A stretch of DNA of 64,000 nucleotides, from the IMG/VR virus record IMGVR_UViG_3300048883_000431, positions 32,001 through 96,000 of that record, one strand, 5' to 3'. Positions 1-8,518 of the stretch are shown here, piece after piece (within the stretch, counting starts at the first letter, position 1; each line of letters begins with the position of its first letter). Position numbers and translations under genes: made by a program. The DNA comes from a virus. A model generated the notes under the pieces. It saw only the letters and a list, made by a program, of their open reading frames with translations. It was not told the DNA's origin and did no database searches.

Positions 1-861
1 GCGCTCCACAGCAAGGGGCATGTAGTGTCCGGGTGTTCGCGGCGCGGTCGCACACACAACTGTGGGCTCCACGAGCACATCCGGGTCTTCAAGGCGGACC
101 TCACCGACCCCGTGGCCTGCTTCTGGGCCGTCAACGGCATCGAGCCGACTGTCGTGGTCCACCTCGCCGGGGCCACGAACGTGCGGGACGCGGTGGCATC
201 GCCGCACGCCACACTCGCACTAAACGTGGGCGCACTCTTCAACCTCACGAACTTCCTGTCGCACGTCTGGCCGATCCGCTACATCGTGGCAAGCTCGTCC
301 GAGGTCTACGGCGACACGCTGGGCGTTCTGACCGACCTTACACCCCCGGCACCGAAGTCGGTGTACGGTGTCAGCAAGATGGCACAGGAGCATGTGCTGG
401 AGGAGCAGGTCAACGTCCGTACGTTTTGGAACATCAACCCCCTGCGCGCGGACAGCGCGATCTCCCAGTTCGCGCGGAAGATCGCCGAGGTCGAGGCGGG
501 GATGCGGGATGACGTGGATCACGGCGACCTGGAGTCGCTCAGGTCCTTCATGGACTACACCGACGTTGTCCGTGCTTACCTGGTTCTCATCGAGAGCGGC
601 GTGACGGAGGGCACCTACAACGTCGGGTCTGACCTAGCAACGGACGTCCACCGCATCGGCGACTACCTCGACATCTTGCGCGACATGGCGGCCTGCGACA
701 TCCCAACACGGACTAACATTCGGGACACCGGGGAGCGGGACGTGGTACACCCCGGACTGCCCGACATTAACCCCATGAAGGCGCTGCGGTGGGCTCCCAC
801 AAGCAGGCTGGAGGAGTCGCTCGCACACGCGCTCCACCACGCGCGGGGGCTGGTGGCATGA
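1..861 (+). CDS. NAD-dependent epimerase/dehydratase (GDP-mannose dehydratase / GDP-4-keto-6-deoxymannose reductase-like), 5' truncated by the window edge
   Basis: Frame open from base 1; VVHLAG, ASSSEVYG, catalytic YGVSK (YxxxK), HGDLESLRSFMD and YNVGS motifs of extended SDR sugar enzymes. Confidence 0.85.
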   Translation, partial: ALHSKGHVVSGCSRRGRTHNCGLHEHIRVFKADLTDPVACFWAVNGIEPTVVVHLAGATNVRDAVASPHATLALNVGALFNLTNFLSHVWPIRYIVASSSEVYGDTLGVLTDLTPPAPKSVYGVSKMAQEHVLEEQVNVRTFWNINPLRADSAISQFARKIAEVEAGMRDDVDHGDLESLRSFMDYTDVVRAYLVLIESGVTEGTYNVGSDLATDVHRIGDYLDILRDMAACDIPTRTNIRDTGERDVVHPGLPDINPMKALRWAPTSRLEESLAHALHHARGLVA

Positions 862-1982
862 GGGTACCGGGGAAGCTCACGCAGATATGGAAGTTAGCGG
901 ACGAGCTGTCCCGCTCCTTCACCAAGGACGAGCGCTCGGGGCGGAGCTTCGAGGTGCTTAGGTCCTGCGTGCGGGAAACGGCGTCAGTCGCGGAGCGTCA
1001 CCAACGTGCCCTCGCGGGACCCCTACCCGATGCACCGACCGGAGAACAGCAGATGATCGACTTCACGCCGCCCAAGCTAATCGAGGACGGGGACACCCCC
1101 AAGCCAAGACCGAAGCCGAGGCCGCCCGCACGCCCCCACAAGACGGTGCTCCCCCATGAGCACTTCCACGCGTTCAACCCGGTGGCATTCGAGAAGGCGA
1201 AGCGAGTGGGTGTGCCCAGGTTCTCCAGCTCCGGGCTAGGTATCGGGGACGTCCTCTTCGCTGTACCCGCCATCAAGGCGCTCGGCGGCGGCGAACTCAG
1301 CATCACCTGCTTCGACACGTTCTTCTCCTGGTCCCCGTCACACCCGTTCACCAGCGCCAGTTACCGGGGGCGCACCTACCACAACCTCGCGAAGTTCCTT
1401 GCGTCGCAGGACTACATCACGGAGTGCAAGGCGGTGTCCTATGATCCGTCAGTCTACTACGACGTGGAGTTCGACAACGTGCGCCACATCTGGCACCGTG
1501 TGGTGAATGAGAACATCCCCCTGCTGGATCTATACCAGAGCTACGTGGGCGGTAGGCTGCGACTCGACGACGCCTGGCTCACGCCCCCGGACGAGGTGTA
1601 CCCCGAGTTCCAAGACGCCGTGGTAATCAACATGAACGACCGGCGCGTCTGCGAGCTCGACCTCCGTGTGCTGGGCGACTACGAGCACGTCGTGTTCCTC
1701 GGGCTCCCCCGCGAGTGGGAATTCTTCCAGAATGAGTGGGGGATCAGCGCGACTCACCACGAGGCCAAGGACTTCTTCGATATGGCGTCACTGATGAACT
1801 CCTGTCGCATGTTCATAGGGTGCTCGTCGTCGCCCATCGTGCTTGCGGACGGACTCAACGTGGACCGTATCTACTGCCAGTGGGTCAGTAAGCCCCACCA
1901 CCAATCCGTGGGTGGGAACACAGTGACCGTGTCGACCGACGAGCAGTTCGTCGACGCACTCCTTGATCGGGGCATCCTATGA
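858..1982 (+). CDS. GT9-like (heptosyltransferase-type GT-B) glycosyltransferase with N-terminal extension
   Basis: ATGA overlap with upstream stop; GLGIGDVLFAVPAIKAL and FIGCSSSPIVLADGL motifs; Pro-rich linker before the GT domain. Confidence 0.7.
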   Translation: MRVPGKLTQIWKLADELSRSFTKDERSGRSFEVLRSCVRETASVAERHQRALAGPLPDAPTGEQQMIDFTPPKLIEDGDTPKPRPKPRPPARPHKTVLPHEHFHAFNPVAFEKAKRVGVPRFSSSGLGIGDVLFAVPAIKALGGGELSITCFDTFFSWSPSHPFTSASYRGRTYHNLAKFLASQDYITECKAVSYDPSVYYDVEFDNVRHIWHRVVNENIPLLDLYQSYVGGRLRLDDAWLTPPDEVYPEFQDAVVINMNDRRVCELDLRVLGDYEHVVFLGLPREWEFFQNEWGISATHHEAKDFFDMASLMNSCRMFIGCSSSPIVLADGLNVDRIYCQWVSKPHHQSVGGNTVTVSTDEQFVDALLDRGIL

Positions 1983-2173
1983 GCTTTCCCAAGTCCCTCC
2001 GCCGCCTCGACCCGCCGCCTGGACGGTTTACTAATATCCGCCAGGACGGGCTTGGGAGCGAAACCACCCGGTGCGCACAGCGCTACCTTGCCATTCCCCG
2101 CAGTGTGTGGAATACTATACTTGACGAGGCCGGGATGCTTCCGATCATGGAGCTCCTCAACTACGACGTATGA
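1979..2173 (+). CDS. small hypothetical protein
   Basis: ATGA-coupled to the upstream gene and fills the gap to the next RBS. Confidence 0.35.
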   Translation: MSFPKSLRRLDPPPGRFTNIRQDGLGSETTRCAQRYLAIPRSVWNTILDEAGMLPIMELLNYDV

Positions 2174-2186
2174 GAAAGGATCGCAC

Positions 2187-2834
2187 ATGTCCTGGACATT
2201 CGAGCCATCGTTTGAACGTAAGGCGTCGGTTGCGGCGCTGTTTGCTACGCTTCCGCACCGGGAGAAGATTGACGGCCCAGGCCGTGCGGGGGGCTCCCCA
2301 GACTACTACCCGGTCCTCCACGACGTGGCACGACTCATCGACGCCACGTCCGTGCTTGAAATCGGCGTCCGTCTTGGGTACGGCGCGATTGCGATACTTA
2401 GCGCCTCCCCGAGATGCGAGCGCTACGTGGGCGTGGATAACGAGTCCTACATCCCCGAATCGAACACCCTGGCCCTGGCGAATATCCTTCACGGACACGC
2501 GGGCTTCAACGCAAAGATCGTCCTCGACAACTCGGCAAAGGGACTTCCGCCGGAGGTGGGCAAGAAGAAGTTCGGACTGGCCTACGTCGACGGGAGTAAG
2601 GATAACATCGCCAAGGACGTGAAGAACGCCTGGGATGCCCTCTTGGTTGGCGGGTCGCTGCTCATTGACGACGTTCAGGTGGAAACCGAAACCCGTGAGC
2701 AGGCGGCGGACGGGCTGGCGTCCATTGGGGGCCAGTCAGAGATCGGCCCCATCATCGAGGTGTTTACGGGCACGGCGGAAGTCCCGAGAGGACTGTTGTG
2801 GGTAACCAAACTTCGCCCCCTCTCAGCAAACTGA
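2187..2834 (+). CDS. class I SAM-dependent methyltransferase (Methyltransf_24-like)
   Basis: GAAAGGA RBS; VLEIGVRLGYG motif I, YVGVD, AYVDGS, GGSLLIDD. Confidence 0.8.
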   Translation: MSWTFEPSFERKASVAALFATLPHREKIDGPGRAGGSPDYYPVLHDVARLIDATSVLEIGVRLGYGAIAILSASPRCERYVGVDNESYIPESNTLALANILHGHAGFNAKIVLDNSAKGLPPEVGKKKFGLAYVDGSKDNIAKDVKNAWDALLVGGSLLIDDVQVETETREQAADGLASIGGQSEIGPIIEVFTGTAEVPRGLLWVTKLRPLSAN

Positions 2835-3388
2835 CCCACGTTGGTCTGAACGTAGGGTGCGGTACAGACTACAGGGAGGGGTTTGTGAACGTGGACGCGT
2901 CCAATCACGGACAGCGGGTGGACGTGGTTCTGACAATTCCCCAAGACTCCCTCCTCGACGTAGTCGCCCCTGGGCAGTGCCACACCATCGTGTGTAACCA
3001 CATGCTGGAGCACCTACATAGGTGGGAGGCGGATGCTCTTTTACGAGAGTTCGTAGTTCTTCTATCCCACGGAGGGACACTGTCGCTGAGTGTCCCAAAC
3101 GTCGCGTGGATCGTGGCGAACATGTCCGAGGAAACTCTGCTTCGGTTCCTATACGGGGGGCAGGACGCCCCGCACCCAGGGGACTCGGACGTGAAGGCGC
3201 ACCGCCGCAGGACGAGCCCCGAACTGTTCGTCCACCGTTTTGGGTACACGCGGGCTACTCTGGAATCATCCCTCCTTCGGGCGGGACTAACCGACGTCGC
3301 CATCGTCGAGGATGGCCAACAACTGCATTCGGTATCCAAGTGTTCCCGGCATCACGACGGAGGCGTGGGCGATAGGGCTCCCCAGTAG
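2798..3388 (+). CDS. class I SAM-dependent methyltransferase (type 11-like, glycan-locus type)
   Basis: LNVGCGTDYREGFVNVD, NHMLEHL, LSHGGTLSLSVPN. Confidence 0.8.
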   Translation: MGNQTSPPLSKLTHVGLNVGCGTDYREGFVNVDASNHGQRVDVVLTIPQDSLLDVVAPGQCHTIVCNHMLEHLHRWEADALLREFVVLLSHGGTLSLSVPNVAWIVANMSEETLLRFLYGGQDAPHPGDSDVKAHRRRTSPELFVHRFGYTRATLESSLLRAGLTDVAIVEDGQQLHSVSKCSRHHDGGVGDRAPQ

Positions 3389-4355
3389 GCAACTGATCAT
3401 CGAAGCCACGGCGAACAACATCGGCGACACGTTCGTCAACGTAGGAGCACGTCGTCTGGTTCCGGGATTAGGGTCTGGGTACGTCCAGTCCCTTCCGCCC
3501 GAGAACTACCAGCACGACCCGGCGTGGCTGGAGGAGCGCACCGCCCTGAGCTTCGACGTAATCTACATCGTGGGGACCCCGTGGTTCTTCCGAGGGTGGG
3601 CGACCTCGGACAAGTCCAAGATGCTCGCGAGGGTCGTGGAGCGCTACCCCAACACACCGAAGATAATGCTGAGTCCTGGCCACTGCGTTCCCAGCGTTGG
3701 GTATGGGACCGTCTACGATTCCCCAGGGCTTGGGGATTCCGACCTCGTGAACCATATGGACCTCATCGTGTGCAGGGACCGGTATGCCTACGACTACACC
3801 AGTGGGCTATCCGACTGCGCGGATCGAGTCGTCCTCGCCAAGTGTGCCTCGCACGCGGCGTACTTGCCGGAGGACTTCGGGAACCCGCCACAGTCTGGGT
3901 CGGTCTGCGTGTGGATGGACTTCGCGTCACTGTCGGGACACGCGGGCTACCGGGCTTACCAAGCCCTCAGCGCCATAACGCCGGAGCAGTGGCAGTCGTC
4001 TATTGACCACGAGGCCACGGTGGCCGACGCAGTATGCGTCAACTCCGCGCGGGACGCAGAGGTGTACACCGCCAAGTTCGGGCGACCACCGGACATGAGC
4101 CACCGCGACCCCCACGACTACGCGGAGTGGGTGTCCCACTTTGAGAGCATGGTGACGTCGCGTGTACACTCGGCCACGATTGGGCACTCCCTCGGACTGG
4201 ACGTAAGACTCCTGGCGGCTGACACCCGTGCCGATACCGCCTACCTCTGCGGCGTGAGCTCCTACCTCGACCTCCCCGCCACCGAGACCACCCACACCGT
4301 GACTAGCTGGGATGACGTAAATGATAGAATTCTCTCACTCAGGGGCGCTCGGTGA
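3312..4355 (+). CDS. polysaccharide pyruvyl transferase family protein
   Basis: NNIGD, IVCRDRYAY and VTSRVHSATIGHSLG match the NxGD / RD / SRxH motifs of this family. Confidence 0.7.
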   Translation: MANNCIRYPSVPGITTEAWAIGLPSRQLIIEATANNIGDTFVNVGARRLVPGLGSGYVQSLPPENYQHDPAWLEERTALSFDVIYIVGTPWFFRGWATSDKSKMLARVVERYPNTPKIMLSPGHCVPSVGYGTVYDSPGLGDSDLVNHMDLIVCRDRYAYDYTSGLSDCADRVVLAKCASHAAYLPEDFGNPPQSGSVCVWMDFASLSGHAGYRAYQALSAITPEQWQSSIDHEATVADAVCVNSARDAEVYTAKFGRPPDMSHRDPHDYAEWVSHFESMVTSRVHSATIGHSLGLDVRLLAADTRADTAYLCGVSSYLDLPATETTHTVTSWDDVNDRILSLRGAR

Positions 4356-5118
4356 CATCCTCTACTCACTGCCGACGATCCGCGCAATGGGCGGCGGTCA
4401 CCTCACCCTCATCCTTAACAACCCCGCCGATCCGCCCATAGAGGAACCAACTGACGATTGGGTTCTTCTCGCCCCGACGGCCGGGGAGTTCATACGCCCG
4501 CTTCTGGAGATACAGGATTACATACACGGGGTCTCCCTCGTGGAGTTCAAAGACTACGAACCGGACCCGGATCGGGTCGATCTGGACGCCTGGCGTAAGT
4601 CCCCCGTTCGGTTCTGGGACGGCATCCCGCTGGCCCACAGATACGTGTTTGTGACGGGTCTTCCGGTGGACGCTGAGTCCGCGTATGTCCACGTCGACCC
4701 GTTCGTGGACACGGAGCCCTACGTCGTCCAACAGCTAACCCGCAGGTACCGTGGGGGGTCGCGGGTGTCCCACGACGCCTTAGCGAGCACGCCCCACAAA
4801 CTCGTCTTCGTAGGCTGGCCACACGAGTTTGAGACCCTCGCAGCCCCTGGGGCGGTGTACCGTCCGGTGTCGAACATGGTCGAGATGGCCAGCCTCATCG
4901 CGGGGGCCGTGTGTTTTGTAGGGAATCAGTCCTGTGGGTGGGCTCTGGCGCAGGGGATGAAGACCCCCCGCGTACTGGAGGGCTTCGGCCGCTCGCTCTG
5001 TGACGGTATGAAGCCTGGGCCTAACGGTGTCGCGTGCCTAGTCCAGGCCCATTACGACGACGCTCTCCGCCGCTTCGGCGTGCTCCCCGAAGACTTCGGA
5101 CTTATGCACGAGGGGTGA
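4321..5118 (+). CDS. GT9-like glycosyltransferase
   Basis: SGALGDILYSLPTIRAMGGG and FVGNQSCGWALAQGMKTPRVLE; paralogue of 858-1982. Confidence 0.75.
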   Translation: MIEFSHSGALGDILYSLPTIRAMGGGHLTLILNNPADPPIEEPTDDWVLLAPTAGEFIRPLLEIQDYIHGVSLVEFKDYEPDPDRVDLDAWRKSPVRFWDGIPLAHRYVFVTGLPVDAESAYVHVDPFVDTEPYVVQQLTRRYRGGSRVSHDALASTPHKLVFVGWPHEFETLAAPGAVYRPVSNMVEMASLIAGAVCFVGNQSCGWALAQGMKTPRVLEGFGRSLCDGMKPGPNGVACLVQAHYDDALRRFGVLPEDFGLMHEG

Positions 5119-5125
5119 CCCGCAC

Positions 5126-5134
5126 GGCTATACT
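5126..5134 (+). promoter_or_regulatory. putative -10 element GGCTATACT upstream of the neck genes
   Basis: Identical 9-mer at 7542-7550; followed by GGGAGG RBS. Confidence 0.5.
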
Positions 5135-5165
5135 ACAGCAGACAAACACGCGAGGGAGGTAGGCA

Positions 5166-6092
5166 ATGCCGGTAGTTTCAGGGAACCTGACATCCACTGT
5201 ACGTGTGAAGGAGGTGATGGACCTACAGTCCTCCGACACGCGCGACGACGCGATCATACACTCGCTCATCAACAGTGCCTCCGCGCTCGTTTCCTCCTAT
5301 TGCAAGCGCGACTTCAAGTACGGTAGTGTCACCGAGCGCATCGACGGGCTTGGCGACTGCTACATACTCACGGACAAGTACCCGATCATCGCGGTGACCA
5401 CGCTGCACATCGACAGCCTGCGCACGTTTGGTGCCACGTCGCTGCAGACCGAGGATACCCATTACTACGTTGAGGCGGCTACGGGCAAGATCAGGGGATT
5501 GACCTCGGGTGTGTTCACATGGGGGGTCGCGAACATCCAGGTCGTATACACCCACGGACCCGCCGCGTACAAGATGAGCGCATCTAACAACACCCTAGCC
5601 TTCGTCGAGAACGGCACCAGCAGGACCGCCACGGTCGCCGTGGGCGATTACAATGCAGTATCCTTCGCCACTGCCCTGCAGACCGCCATGGACGCCGTAA
5701 GCGGCGGCGATACGAACTACACGGTCACCTACGACGTGACCGGCGAGACCTTCACCATCACGATGGCCGGGACGTCAGTGAGCGAGCTCCAGCTAAACTG
5801 GACGACCAGCACGTACATGGCGACGCTCATGGGCTTCGATACCGGGGCGAACGACACTGGGGCGACCACCTACATCAGCGACGAGCCGAGCCCAGGCGTC
5901 ATCACCGGGATCGAGGAGGCCACGCGTGACTTGGTGCAGTACTGGTCGCGGTTGGTCTACGAGCGCGACTGGGGTGTGCGTCGTCGCGAGGTTCGGGAGA
6001 CGGTGACGATGTTCGAGATCACCGACATCCCGCCGCTTATTAGGCTCCAGCTTGACCTACACGTCAGGCGTTACGTGAGGACGACCTACTAA
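5166..6092 (+). CDS. head-tail connector/adaptor protein with inserted Thr-rich domain
   Basis: DAIIHSLINSASALVSSYCKRDF, NIQVVYTHG and IEEATRDLV fit gp6/gp15-type adaptors; position at the start of the neck module. Confidence 0.7.
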   Translation: MPVVSGNLTSTVRVKEVMDLQSSDTRDDAIIHSLINSASALVSSYCKRDFKYGSVTERIDGLGDCYILTDKYPIIAVTTLHIDSLRTFGATSLQTEDTHYYVEAATGKIRGLTSGVFTWGVANIQVVYTHGPAAYKMSASNNTLAFVENGTSRTATVAVGDYNAVSFATALQTAMDAVSGGDTNYTVTYDVTGETFTITMAGTSVSELQLNWTTSTYMATLMGFDTGANDTGATTYISDEPSPGVITGIEEATRDLVQYWSRLVYERDWGVRRREVRETVTMFEITDIPPLIRLQLDLHVRRYVRTTY

Positions 6093-7048
6093 TGGCGACC
6101 CGTAGACGGCGTAGTTTTGGTGCTGCAGGACAGGGTATCCGCCGTCCGTTGAAGGTCACGACGGCGGTGACCGGCCCCCTCTCCGACCGTAGCCGCACCA
6201 AGGACTTCGTGCGAGAGTTCGAGAGGGTTCTCGCTCGCGAGCTGCGGCCCATCGCCATCAAGCACGGCGAATCCGTCGCGCAGCGCGCGTTGGACAACGC
6301 CAGCAACCGTGGTCGCGGACCCGGCAATCTGAGGCACCACCGCCCCATCGGACTCAAGAAGAACTTCCGGGTCGCTGTCGCCAAGCGGGCGGAGATGGAG
6401 CGCCAGCTCAGGACCGCAAACACGAGCGCCCCAGGCATGTTTGAGGTGCAGTTCAACTCCTCCAACTCCCTCGTCAACTGGATGGCGGAGATGCTGGAGG
6501 GCAAGAACGACCGGGTCAAGGGCAACATCGAGCGCCCAGGCTACGGTAAGCAGCCCAAGGTGACCCTGAAGCCCACCAAGGCTAAGAACTTCCTGATCCC
6601 CAACATGCGCGCGAAGTTCGGCGGGGCTGCCACACGCCTCCTTACGGACATCGCTGCGCGCGACTCCCGCGATCCCAAGCGCCGGTATGTCAGCTTCCGA
6701 AGCCGCAGCGGGCGTAGGCGTCTCACGGACCAGCGCCCGACCGGCGGGTTCCGGTGGTTCGTAGCGGGCGGGAAACTGAGCGCCAGGCTCCGCATCCCCA
6801 AGGGCATCTACCTGTCGCCGACGCGCCGGAGATCAGGTAGGGACACCAAGCTCATCTTGGCCTACTACCTCAAGCCCGAGGTAAAGGTGCGTCCCAACGC
6901 ATGGTTCAGCAGCGCGCTCAACGACTGGTTCGTCGGTCGGGGCGGGCGGAACACCTTCGCGTCCATGAGCAGCGAGATTGAGGTGGCAACGGAGAAGGCG
7001 TGGGAAGAGGCATTCGCGACCAAGACGACCGAGAAGAAGGGAAGCTAA
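6092..7048 (+). CDS. basic neck/tail-completion (virion morphogenesis) protein
   Basis: Arg/Lys-rich; C-terminal VKVRPNAWFSSAL like HK97 gp10-type proteins; synteny. Confidence 0.5.
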   Translation: MATRRRRSFGAAGQGIRRPLKVTTAVTGPLSDRSRTKDFVREFERVLARELRPIAIKHGESVAQRALDNASNRGRGPGNLRHHRPIGLKKNFRVAVAKRAEMERQLRTANTSAPGMFEVQFNSSNSLVNWMAEMLEGKNDRVKGNIERPGYGKQPKVTLKPTKAKNFLIPNMRAKFGGAATRLLTDIAARDSRDPKRRYVSFRSRSGRRRLTDQRPTGGFRWFVAGGKLSARLRIPKGIYLSPTRRRSGRDTKLILAYYLKPEVKVRPNAWFSSALNDWFVGRGGRNTFASMSSEIEVATEKAWEEAFATKTTEKKGS

Positions 7049-7049
7049 C

Positions 7050-7532
7050 ATGGGCGTGAGAGCCTTTGCTTACGACTTGGTGCAGGCGCAGTTGGTGACT
7101 ATCCTAACAGCGGATGGATTCTCCCAGGACATCACCACGGACAACATCGAGGAATACCAGGCGGGCAACCACCGTCGCAGTCGAAGCCACTACCCGCTCA
7201 TCGAGATCTCCTACGTAGGCGAGGACCTGCAGCGCGCGGACGACCAGCAGGACAATGTCTCGATGGTGTTCGTGATCCGACTCGCCCTCCGTAACGACAC
7301 GCATCAGAATCTCCTAGAGTTCATAGATGACGCGGTCCAGGTCCTTACGACCATGGAGGCGATGCCGTCTGGCTACGAATCCCTAACGGATGTGGAAGTA
7401 CACACCGCGCGTGTAACCAGTGTGGACGTGCCCACCGACACCGATGAGAACGTCGACAGCGTGCAGGAGTGTGAGGTCAGCCTGGAGATCGGTGTCCACT
7501 ACACCTTCCAGAGACACGGCTCCGAGCAGTAA
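7050..7532 (+). CDS. tail terminator-like protein
   Basis: Acidic 160 aa with YPLIEISYVGE, immediately before the major tail gene. Confidence 0.55.
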   Translation: MGVRAFAYDLVQAQLVTILTADGFSQDITTDNIEEYQAGNHRRSRSHYPLIEISYVGEDLQRADDQQDNVSMVFVIRLALRNDTHQNLLEFIDDAVQVLTTMEAMPSGYESLTDVEVHTARVTSVDVPTDTDENVDSVQECEVSLEIGVHYTFQRHGSEQ

Positions 7533-7541
7533 GCCACGACA

Positions 7542-7550
7542 GGCTATACT
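7542..7550 (+). promoter_or_regulatory. putative -10 element GGCTATACT upstream of the major tail gene
   Basis: Identical to 5126-5134; AAGGAG RBS downstream. Confidence 0.5.
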
Positions 7551-7588
7551 GGTCTGAAGGATTAACGGACAACGCCAAGGAGAGACCA

Positions 7589-8416
7589 ATGGCGAGAGCA
7601 GCGCTCCCTTACGTTGGTGGTGGCGGGGACTTCACGCCCCACCACTCCATCAGCATTCCCGCAGCGATTTACCTCAAGAAGCACAACCTGACTGCGGCCT
7701 CCGGTAACGCCGTCCCTGACCCAGGAACCCTCAACAACAACGCTGAGTCCTCGGCCGACGCGATCCTGTTCGGATCGGTCACGGCCCTAGCCAACTCGGG
7801 GCTTATGGACGAGCCGTTTGACTACGACCTTACCGGCGCGAGCGGTACCGACGTCAACGCCTCCGCTTTGCCCGGCAACGCGACGGCGTGCATCGGCATG
7901 ACGTCCGGTGGCGTCCGACTCCGTAAGGAGCAGGACACGGTCGTATACAACTCGGACCAGTTGCGTGGTAACTTCGACGAAGACGCCACGAGTAACCTCT
8001 GGGCCATCGACTGCTCCATGCAGGAGATGAATCTCTACAACCTCGCCCTGGCGTGGGGACGAAGCGTTGCCGCCGTGGGCAGCTCGTCCATCATGCTGAT
8101 GAAGGCCGGGGACCAGGAGTTCCACTCCCTCTCCATGGTGACGAAGGCACCGCAGGCGAGCTTCGAGAGCTCGGTGGGCGCGTACCGCCGTGGCACGCGT
8201 GTCTACTCGTTCTTCAAGGTCAAGGCGTGGGCGAACGGGGAAATCCCCCACACCCGCGACGATGTCCAGTCCATCCCGGTTACGTTTATGACGTACTGCG
8301 ATGGTAACGAGAACTGGGGCGTGCTGTTCGACTCGTACCACGATTACAGCCCCTCCGGCAGCGGCCACGCAGCCCAAGCCATCGTCCCGACCATCTACAA
8401 CGATGCCGTGGCGTAA
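7589..8416 (+). CDS. major tail (tube) protein
   Basis: IGMTSGGVRL, MQEMNLYNLALAWG, IPVTFMTY tube-like pattern; strong RBS; own terminator; synteny. Confidence 0.75.
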   Translation: MARAALPYVGGGGDFTPHHSISIPAAIYLKKHNLTAASGNAVPDPGTLNNNAESSADAILFGSVTALANSGLMDEPFDYDLTGASGTDVNASALPGNATACIGMTSGGVRLRKEQDTVVYNSDQLRGNFDEDATSNLWAIDCSMQEMNLYNLALAWGRSVAAVGSSSIMLMKAGDQEFHSLSMVTKAPQASFESSVGAYRRGTRVYSFFKVKAWANGEIPHTRDDVQSIPVTFMTYCDGNENWGVLFDSYHDYSPSGSGHAAQAIVPTIYNDAVA

Positions 8417-8444
8417 GCACCGGGCTGCGTCAACACCCGAGAGG

Positions 8445-8467
8445 AGCCCAGCGAGAGCTGGGCTTTT
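8445..8467 (+). terminator. intrinsic terminator
   Basis: AGCCCAGC-GAGA-GCTGGGCT perfect 8-bp stem followed by a short T run. Confidence 0.75.
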
Positions 8468-8470
8468 CCC

Positions 8471-8500
8471 TTGCCCACCCCCTCCGTATGGTGATATACT
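8471..8500 (+). promoter_or_regulatory. sigma70-type promoter for the GT pair in the tail operon
   Basis: TTGCCC, 18 nt, TATACT with extended TG; GGAGG RBS follows. Confidence 0.55.
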
Positions 8501-8518
8501 CCCATCGGAGGCGTCTAC

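Noticed and set aside
1-5118. Host chromosomal LPS/capsule locus flanking a prophage
   Set aside because: Genes run directly into the neck module, similar enzymes occur inside and after the tail module, and no wzx/wzy/waaL, att site or integrase is visible; cannot be fully excluded without upstream sequence
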